A DNA stretch of 33,918 nucleotides from a virus. Its lineage: Duplodnaviria; Caudoviricetes. Positions 27,712 to 33,918 of this stretch are shown piece after piece. Positions within the stretch are counted from its first letter, which is position 1. Each line of letters starts with the position of its first letter. The notes under the pieces were generated by a model. That model worked only from the letters and a program-made list of their open reading frames with translations, was not told where the DNA came from and made no database searches. A program made the translations under genes and the position numbers. The stretch is from the IMG/VR virus record IMGVR_UViG_3300025084_002696, positions 1 through 33,918 of that record; one strand, 5' to 3'.

Positions 27712-28315
27712 ATATAACCTCCGATATATTTACACAACCTTCTTTTGTTGGGTGTGATGTATCATCTATATATAAATCTCTCCAATCATCACGAAAGTTT
27801 ATTATTTTACTTTTATCCAATTTATTGTAGATTGGTAAATCTATTTCACTCAATTGGGTAAGAAAATTTATAATTCTATATTCAAATTTGTTTTGTTTTA
27901 AAAAACTTTGTAATGATATTAAATTTGTAATTAAATTTTTGCGTTGATTTTCAGATAAATTTTCATCATTTTCTACCAAATATTTGTAATATTCAGCGAA
28001 CACATTTTGAACTTCGTGGTCTTGTTCACTATTCAAACAACTTGGTGATACATCTAAAGTTTCATTTCCAAATTGAATCATATATCTGGTTTCCCAAGTT
28101 AATCCGATAATAACAATGGTGTTTTCTGGATTTAATTCACTCAAAGTATTAATTGAATTAAAAGTTATAGATTGAAAAGATTGTCCATTTTTAGATTCAT
28201 TTATCAAATTACAATTTAGTTTATCGGATAATAACTTTGGCCAAGTTTCTTCTCTTGGAAGAGTATGACCATAAGTAAAACTACAACCATTTGTGTATAA
28301 ATTTTTACTTGACAT
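27695..28315 (-). CDS. SGNH hydrolase-like protein (paralogue 4)
   Basis: NGCSFTYG, TWP, GQS, IGLTWETR, DTSHPT; start likely 28315. Confidence 0.75.
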   Translation of the reverse strand: MSSKNLYTNGCSFTYGHTLPREETWPKLLSDKLNCNLINESKNGQSFQSITFNSINTLSELNPENTIVIIGLTWETRYMIQFGNETLDVSPSCLNSEQDHEVQNVFAEYYKYLVENDENLSENQRKNLITNLISLQSFLKQNKFEYRIINFLTQLSEIDLPIYNKLDKSKIINFRDDWRDLYIDDTSHPTKEGCVNISEVIYDNIN

Positions 28316-28925
28316 TGTCAATAAACTTTCGTATCTTACGATAGGTGACATCTGTTGAATCTTCTATTTCTAACACCGGTGAACCTGTTTCTCTTGCTCC
28401 TCTTCTACCCAATTCGGAATCTTCCAATATAATAGTTTCTTTTGGACTTACTCCTGCTTTAATCATACACCTTAAATAAATTTCTGTATTGGGTTTTGGA
28501 TTCACTACATCTTGATTGGTAAATACAAATTCTAAATGGTCAATGAATCCTCTTCTTGTTAATTGAACGATTGCACTATGACGAACTGAATTAGTTGCAC
28601 AACATAATGTAAATCCGTCTCGTTCTAATCTTTCCAATACTGATATTAATCGTTTGTCTTTTTCCAAATCATTAATCATTTGTATTGTTAAGTTCTGTTT
28701 ATCTTCCCACACTTTATCGTGTAGTTCATAAGGTAACCCTTTTTGTTGTGATAACATAGTTAGTTTAGTTCTCGTAGGATTTCCGTCATATTTGGATAAA
28801 TGTTCGTCACGATTAATAACATATTTTTTATCTATGTTTTTTAATGCTTGGTTTAATGCGTTATAATGAATTTCTTTGGCATCAACCAATACTCCGTCTA
28901 AATCAAATATTATTAACTTAACCAT
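28305..28925 (-). CDS. HAD-superfamily phosphatase (beta-PGM/CbbY-like)
   Basis: FDLDGVLVD, ATNS, KPNTEIY, LEDS. Confidence 0.9.
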   Translation of the reverse strand: MVKLIIFDLDGVLVDAKEIHYNALNQALKNIDKKYVINRDEHLSKYDGNPTRTKLTMLSQQKGLPYELHDKVWEDKQNLTIQMINDLEKDKRLISVLERLERDGFTLCCATNSVRHSAIVQLTRRGFIDHLEFVFTNQDVVNPKPNTEIYLRCMIKAGVSPKETIILEDSELGRRGARETGSPVLEIEDSTDVTYRKIRKFIDNVK

Positions 28926-29712
28926 TTAAATCCCAATCCTTTACTACCGCTTGAACAAATTCATCATAATAGTCAACAAAATTTTTGTGTACATAAGGTA
29001 TTTTTTGGTTAGTGTCTCTTAAAACTTTGTCAAGCTTTTCCATATCATTGTAATATTTTTTCAAATACATTGGTGAATACTCATAATCTTCATAAAAAAT
29101 GGTATGTAAATTGTATTTGATTGATAATAAATGTAACATATTAATTTCATCTTGATACGCTTTCATTAAATAGTTAAGGTAGTAATATTCATTTTGTCCA
29201 TCTTGACTTTTAAACATTTGAGTCTCCCAACCAAGATGTAAATTTTTATAATTTATTTTACTTTTCAATAATTTTTTATGAAAGTTTATCATATCTTCAG
29301 TTTGTTCTAATGGTGTTTTCCACTGTTTACTAAACAATTTTTGGTTGATTAACTCTTCCCATATCGGTAAGGATAGTAAAGCTTTTTCTTTATCTTTTCT
29401 TTCCAATACTACAAGATTGTATTCTTTACTTAATTTATCAAAATATCCACTATTATAAAAATGACTTATTACTAATGAATTGTTTAATAAAACAACTGCA
29501 TAGTTTTTATGTTTTAACATATTAGAAGTCTGTTCTGTAAAAGAAACTCCTGACAAAGTATCAAAATCTAATTCTCCAAGATTATCATAACTTATATCGT
29601 TAATTCTTAAGACTTCTTTAAGACTTAATTGAAGTTGAGTTCCTCCCGAACGATAATGTGAAAGTATTATTGTTCCCTTTTTGTTTTTATCATACATTTG
29701 AAAGTTATCCAT
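28918..29712 (-). CDS. Sulfotransferase-like protein (Stf0-like P-loop)
   Basis: ILSHYRSGGT resembles 5'-PSB loop, LERKDKEKALLS resembles 3'-PB, IFYED. Confidence 0.6.
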   Translation of the reverse strand: MDNFQMYDKNKKGTIILSHYRSGGTQLQLSLKEVLRINDISYDNLGELDFDTLSGVSFTEQTSNMLKHKNYAVVLLNNSLVISHFYNSGYFDKLSKEYNLVVLERKDKEKALLSLPIWEELINQKLFSKQWKTPLEQTEDMINFHKKLLKSKINYKNLHLGWETQMFKSQDGQNEYYYLNYLMKAYQDEINMLHLLSIKYNLHTIFYEDYEYSPMYLKKYYNDMEKLDKVLRDTNQKIPYVHKNFVDYYDEFVQAVVKDWDLNG

Positions 29713-30526
29713 AAATGTCCCTCTTTATTCTACTTAATATTTGTTTTGTCCACAACTCTTGTCCATCTTCTGATGGGTGATATTTGTCGAAAAGTGCTTG
29801 TTTAATTCTTCTGTCTTCTTGTTTTAGCAAATAATTTCTAAAAGAAATTGGAAATACTACATCTTGCCTAACTTTCTGATACTCTGTGGTCAATGCGTAT
29901 TGTTCTATCTTATCATATTGATATGAATTTTCTATAATGTCATCAATATTCAATGAATTGACTATACCACTTGAACTATCAGTATTTGCTTCGTAAAAGG
30001 CATCAAAGAACAAATGTTTTATTTTGTGTTCTTTTAAAAAGTAATGAAGAAATAAATTTTGTTGAATATATCTGTCTAAAAATTCCTCCTCATTCCAAAA
30101 TTTCTCTAAGTATATGTTGTAAAACTTTTTTAAATCTTCATCATCATTAAAACTTTGTTGTAATTGTGCAGGATACATAGTTTCCCAATGTCTTGTTCTT
30201 CCGTTTTTGTAAAAAAAATCTTTTCTCTCTGGTGAAGTCCATCCTACAATTACATACAAGTCTTTTGCTCTACGTTCTAATAACATTCCCATAACTTTTC
30301 GTATAATTCTACGAACTATTCCGTCATTAGAACTTCCAGCGTGTGCAATATTGTGTATTTCAACATCTTTTAATTTGTTGCCAAGTTTGTCCGGCCATAG
30401 CTTTGGTAATCTATATTCGTCATTATCTGGGTGGTTAACAAACATACCATCAATTCCCTCTAAATCTGGATTAATTTCGTGTCCACCTGTCCAACTATCT
30501 CCGTCACATATTATTATTTTACTCAT
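29705..30526 (-). CDS. SGNH/GDSL hydrolase-like protein (paralogue 5)
   Basis: DGDSWTGG, GSSNDGIVR, VGWTSPER, DKYHPS. Confidence 0.78.
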   Translation of the reverse strand: MSKIIICDGDSWTGGHEINPDLEGIDGMFVNHPDNDEYRLPKLWPDKLGNKLKDVEIHNIAHAGSSNDGIVRRIIRKVMGMLLERRAKDLYVIVGWTSPERKDFFYKNGRTRHWETMYPAQLQQSFNDDEDLKKFYNIYLEKFWNEEEFLDRYIQQNLFLHYFLKEHKIKHLFFDAFYEANTDSSSGIVNSLNIDDIIENSYQYDKIEQYALTTEYQKVRQDVVFPISFRNYLLKQEDRRIKQALFDKYHPSEDGQELWTKQILSRIKRDIYG

Positions 30527-30954
30527 TTATACTCCTCTATGTAGTCTGAACAAACTCCTGCTATATAGTTTGATAATTTCTTGTTTCTTGGTGGCATAAC
30601 ACATATAGTTTTATTTGTCATTTTTTGTCTCCAAGTTGACCAGAAATAACCTTTTGTTGTAAGTGCCACAATATCTCGTGTGTGTGAAAAACAATGTATA
30701 TCTTTATCTTTACTCAAAAGATAAAAACCTACAATATCTTTTGCGTGACACCATATTCCGTCTTGTCTTAAAAACTCATAGTCAATGTCATATTGTGGGA
30801 AGTCGTGTCCTAATGACAATCTACCATCTTCCCAACCCCAAACATCAACCTCAACATCATAACCTAAGTCTAATGCTTGTTGTATATATTCTGGATTATT
30901 TTCCATTTCAGGATTTCGTCCGTTTATGTTTCCTCTATGTGATATTAGTATCAT
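30523..30954 (-). CDS. Short glycerophosphodiester phosphodiesterase/PLC-like protein
   Basis: ISHRGN, EN, DVEVDV, LGHD, WCHAK, GVCSD. Confidence 0.75.
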   Translation of the reverse strand: MILISHRGNINGRNPEMENNPEYIQQALDLGYDVEVDVWGWEDGRLSLGHDFPQYDIDYEFLRQDGIWCHAKDIVGFYLLSKDKDIHCFSHTRDIVALTTKGYFWSTWRQKMTNKTICVMPPRNKKLSNYIAGVCSDYIEEYK

Positions 30955-31670
30955 TCTTTCCCAACATCTAAATTTTTCATTAAAAAGTTACAATGTCCTG
31001 ATAAGTCCCAAACCTTATACTTATTCTGTTCATTGAAATTAAAGTAAAATACCATATCATCCAATGAACTTTTTAATGTTGTTTTTGAGTCATTATTATC
31101 CTTTACAAATTTTAGTATATCATCAACATTATACTTGCTGTTATTTAGTAAACCAGAATAATGTAATGTATAATCTGCCCAAAAGTAATGTGATTCATCT
31201 ACCATTTTAAAATAATTACCACAACCAAAGTTATATGGTGTTCCTGAATAACTCCACAACTCACCCTCATACTCTCTTGTCTGAATATGAACTGCCTGTT
31301 CTGGATTTATTAGTGTTAATTCAAATAATTTATTCTTTAAATCGTGACGAACTACAAATGTCCATTCTTGTTCCAATTCGTATGGTTCTGTAAAAAATGT
31401 TACAAAGTCGTGTTTAGAATCGTCACCAACCTTTGTCCAAAACTCCCATTGAATATGACCAGATTGTTGATTATAACTTAATCCATAATGCATACCTGGT
31501 CTCATCATAATTGCCGAAGGTGTTTCTGTATGTTGAACCTTTCCCTCTTTATTAAATTTGATAAAAAATGTGAAATCTTCTTGCATTACTCTTGAAGGTG
31601 GTAAAGTTGTTAAGTCATACCTTTGAGTTGGTAAAACATAATATGGTTGCTTTTCATCAATTTTTAACAT
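30951..31670 (-). CDS. LamG/concanavalin A-like lectin-fold protein
   Basis: Aromatic-rich beta pattern DFTFFIKF...PYNFGCGN...VFYFNF...WDLSGHCN. Confidence 0.55.
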   Translation of the reverse strand: MLKIDEKQPYYVLPTQRYDLTTLPPSRVMQEDFTFFIKFNKEGKVQHTETPSAIMMRPGMHYGLSYNQQSGHIQWEFWTKVGDDSKHDFVTFFTEPYELEQEWTFVVRHDLKNKLFELTLINPEQAVHIQTREYEGELWSYSGTPYNFGCGNYFKMVDESHYFWADYTLHYSGLLNNSKYNVDDILKFVKDNNDSKTTLKSSLDDMVFYFNFNEQNKYKVWDLSGHCNFLMKNLDVGKE

Positions 31671-33076
31671 AAGTCTTTACACTCCATATAAAATTGCTCC
31701 AATTCTGGAAAAGTTTTACAAAAATCTGTTCCACGTCTTTTATCGTGTTCAGAAAACATTCTATAAAAGTTTTGTCGTTGTGGTGTAATCTTATCGTAAT
31801 CGGTAGAAATCATCCAGTCATATATTCTCTTTAATTTTTGAACTTCAATATCCGAATACCCAATTAACCTTGTTTCAAAATTTGGTGTAGCAAAGTATTC
31901 AATAAGTTGTGTTTGTTTGTATATTAAATCAGACATTTCTTTTGGTAAAACTTGTACGGTTTGATGACTCGGATATCTTAAATAACTTGAATCTAAAAAT
32001 ACTGCTGAGTTCCAATATCTATCTGATGAACCATATTGTGTTTTTAAATCATAAACACCCTTAACCAATTTATCATAGTTTGGAACTGATAATGCGTTGT
32101 ATGTTGACATAATGGTTAAATTCACTCTTGGACATTTTTCTAATATCTTGTTCATATTATCCCAATGACGATTAAAGTCTAATCCATTACGAATATACTC
32201 TGCTTGTTCACCCCAAGTATCAACTGATGTAAATATAATAAATTCTTTCACTCTTTCTTCATCTTCTATTCGTTGTATCTTTTCAATAAAGTTATCAACC
32301 AAATTATCTGGTATTCCAAGATTTGAATTTATTGCTAATTGTAAATTTTTGTTTGGATTGGGTTCATCAATAATGTAATCTAATACTTTCCAAGTATCTT
32401 TTGATAGTAATGGTTCTCCACCCGTGATTCTAAATGTATGTAAATCACGATATAAATCTGGCCACCATTTCCAAAAGGCATCAACATAAGGATTTGGTTC
32501 CGTATGTAGTATTGGAACTTTGTTTTCTGCTTCCATACCTTCCATACCATTAAACTTATCTGATGTTGGATATGCTCCGTGTTTTTTAATTTCCTGCATC
32601 CAAGTAGATGAATAAGGTGGTCCACAATAACTACATTTGAAATTACAAGCATTTGAGAAAGCAACCTCTACATATCTTGGATTTATATTCTCTCTCCAGT
32701 CTGCATTTACTATTTCATCAAAGTGTGGTTTAGACCAACTTTCATTTGATTTAAAAACTCTATCACTAAATCTATCTGAATTGTCTTCTACACCCCAACA
32801 ATAATCACACTCAACTGGTCGTTTACCCGTAAGCATTTCTCGTCTACGAAGTTTTTTATATTGAGTATTGTGTAGAGCACTTGGATTTCTTGTGATTTCC
32901 TTTTCTGAAATCTTGTGTGTTCTGGGGTGGTGACAACTATGATTGTGCCCTGTTTGTAGTTGTAGTGTAACTTGTGTCCACTTTGCTAAACACATACCTG
33001 GTCCAATTGAGTCTAACTTTTCTTTCGTTTCTTGAAACAATGGATTTTCTTTTACTTGGTCATTATATCCTGACAT
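31664..33076 (-). CDS. Radical SAM protein with N-terminal twitch-like Cys cluster
   Basis: CLAKW...SCHH...ECDYCW; CNFKCSYC; ITGGEPLL; FTSVD; YIRNG. Confidence 0.92.
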   Translation of the reverse strand: MSGYNDQVKENPLFQETKEKLDSIGPGMCLAKWTQVTLQLQTGHNHSCHHPRTHKISEKEITRNPSALHNTQYKKLRRREMLTGKRPVECDYCWGVEDNSDRFSDRVFKSNESWSKPHFDEIVNADWRENINPRYVEVAFSNACNFKCSYCGPPYSSTWMQEIKKHGAYPTSDKFNGMEGMEAENKVPILHTEPNPYVDAFWKWWPDLYRDLHTFRITGGEPLLSKDTWKVLDYIIDEPNPNKNLQLAINSNLGIPDNLVDNFIEKIQRIEDEERVKEFIIFTSVDTWGEQAEYIRNGLDFNRHWDNMNKILEKCPRVNLTIMSTYNALSVPNYDKLVKGVYDLKTQYGSSDRYWNSAVFLDSSYLRYPSHQTVQVLPKEMSDLIYKQTQLIEYFATPNFETRLIGYSDIEVQKLKRIYDWMISTDYDKITPQRQNFYRMFSEHDKRRGTDFCKTFPELEQFYMECKDLC

Positions 33077-33918
33077 TAAAACCTCACATTAATTAACTTA
33101 TGTCTACTATAAATAGTATCAATACTATGTATCTTGTATTTCATTTGTCTTAGTCCTGAATTATCAATATCAACTTCACCCTTTTGCATTTTCTTTCTGT
33201 AAAGGATTTCGTTTTTACTGGTTTGTTCTACATCTCCTTGGAATTGATTGTTAACAATTCCCTCGTCGTCGTGATACATACACTCCATAGTTCCGTATCT
33301 TCTATGTGGTGCTGGACTATCTTTGATAACTTCTTTATTTTGTAAAAATCTAATATTACGATTTTCAATTATTCCGTGATTTCCAAATTCACTTAAATCT
33401 TTAACGATATCCCCTTTACATCTTTTACAACCTTGGTCACAACATATTGATTTAGTCATATCGTAATGTAAAACTAAGTCATCATAAGAGTTCCACATTT
33501 TTACTTCTGCTATTTCACCTTTGAAGAACCTTTGTCCTTCCCAAGCAAGTGGGTCATTACACCCTAACCAAAATGGATTATTACCATATCTTTTTAATTT
33601 TTCTTCATACGATATAGTTGATTGTTGTATACCGAACTTTTCCCCTAAGTCTTGGTCATTGATTTGAAAACTGATTTTCTTATTGTCTTTGTCGTGTATC
33701 AAACTAACTTTTGTCCAATTGTTTTGATATCTTCGTCTCCAACGATATATGTGTTGGTTTTTCCAATCCCACATTGATGATGCGAAAGCATTACTATTGT
33801 TGTAATCTATTCCGAAGTCATATCCTATTTTAGATAATATTGGATATTTAAGATATCTGTTATTTCCTTTACCGATTAAATGTTCTGGGTCTTGTTCGGG
33901 TATTTCGGGTTTACAAAT
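33076..33918 (-). CDS. Partial CDS (runs off right edge): LamG-like region plus GT7 (beta-1,4-galactosyltransferase-like) C-terminus
   Basis: Frame is open from 33918 (ICKPEIPEQ...FASSMWDW), so 33774 is an internal Met. FKGEIAEVKMW and KDLSEFGNHG are LamG-like; HRRYGTMECMYH...SGLRQMKY resembles the GT7 C-terminus. Confidence 0.6.
   Translation of the reverse strand: MCKPEIPEQDPEHLIGKGNNRYLKYPILSKIGYDFGIDYNNSNAFASSMWDWKNQHIYRWRRRYQNNWTKVSLIHDKDNKKISFQINDQDLGEKFGIQQSTISYEEKLKRYGNNPFWLGCNDPLAWEGQRFFKGEIAEVKMWNSYDDLVLHYDMTKSICCDQGCKRCKGDIVKDLSEFGNHGIIENRNIRFLQNKEVIKDSPAPHRRYGTMECMYHDDEGIVNNQFQGDVEQTSKNEILYRKKMQKGEVDIDNSGLRQMKYKIHSIDTIYSRHKLINVRF

Noticed and set aside
856-30971. All plus-strand ORFs of 60-128 aa in the ORF track
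   Set aside because: They lie antisense to well-supported minus-strand genes, are Phe/Leu/Ser-rich shadows of Lys/Glu-rich codons, and show no motifs.
26685-32664. Nested minus-strand ORFs 26685-26912 and 32380-32664
   Set aside because: Out-of-frame and fully inside longer genes, with no recognisable features.
10766-33918. Bacterial O-antigen/capsule locus or prophage-host junction
   Set aside because: No membrane export or polymerase genes, integrase or att-like repeat seen; strand, density and base composition look continuous with the phage head genes.
10766-33918. DNA hypermodification cluster
   Set aside because: No thymidylate synthase/hydroxymethylase, TET/JBP, DpdA/Que or DNA glucosyltransferase-like gene recognised; NeuA/NeuB/GT47 point to a surface-type glycan. 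Not fully excluded given the ParB-like proteins.
1-33918. Stop-codon reassignment, introns or inteins
   Set aside because: Genes are full-length and tile the strand in the standard code with TAA, TGA and TAG all used as stops; terminase and portal show no insertion.
1-33918. tRNA, CRISPR array, rho-independent terminators
   Set aside because: Largest intergenic gap is about 55 nt; no cloverleaf, regularly spaced repeats or GC-rich hairpin with U-tract was seen by eye.

Overview
AT-rich, very gene-dense fragment of a large T4-like (Myoviridae-type) bacteriophage. All credible genes are on the minus strand, mostly abutting or overlapping, and read cleanly in the standard code. Left part (1-10.7 kb) is a head/packaging module: gp20-like portal (partial), gp17-like large terminase, two small membrane/coiled-coil proteins, a Zn-finger protein, a GH108 endolysin, and a set of probable internal head proteins. 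These carry (I/L/V)-x-E prohead-protease-like sites and, in two cases, a shared KLKNLLxE leader. They include a ~1283-aa polyprotein with ART-like, HIGH-type nucleotidyltransferase and KxDG ligase-like modules, and a P-loop kinase. Right part (10.8-33.9 kb, running off the edge) is an uninterrupted array of about 30 glycan-building and glycan-tailoring genes: NeuB and NeuA, several glycosyltransferase-like proteins, five SGNH-like paralogues, three radical SAM enzymes, two methyltransferases, two HAD phosphatases, a nucleotidyltransferase, a HisC/CobD-like PLP enzyme, two dehydrogenases, a sulfotransferase-like, a GDPD-like, LamG-like and two ParB/Srx-like proteins. No tRNA, rRNA, CRISPR or mobile element was seen. 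All family calls are from motif recognition by eye, not database searches.
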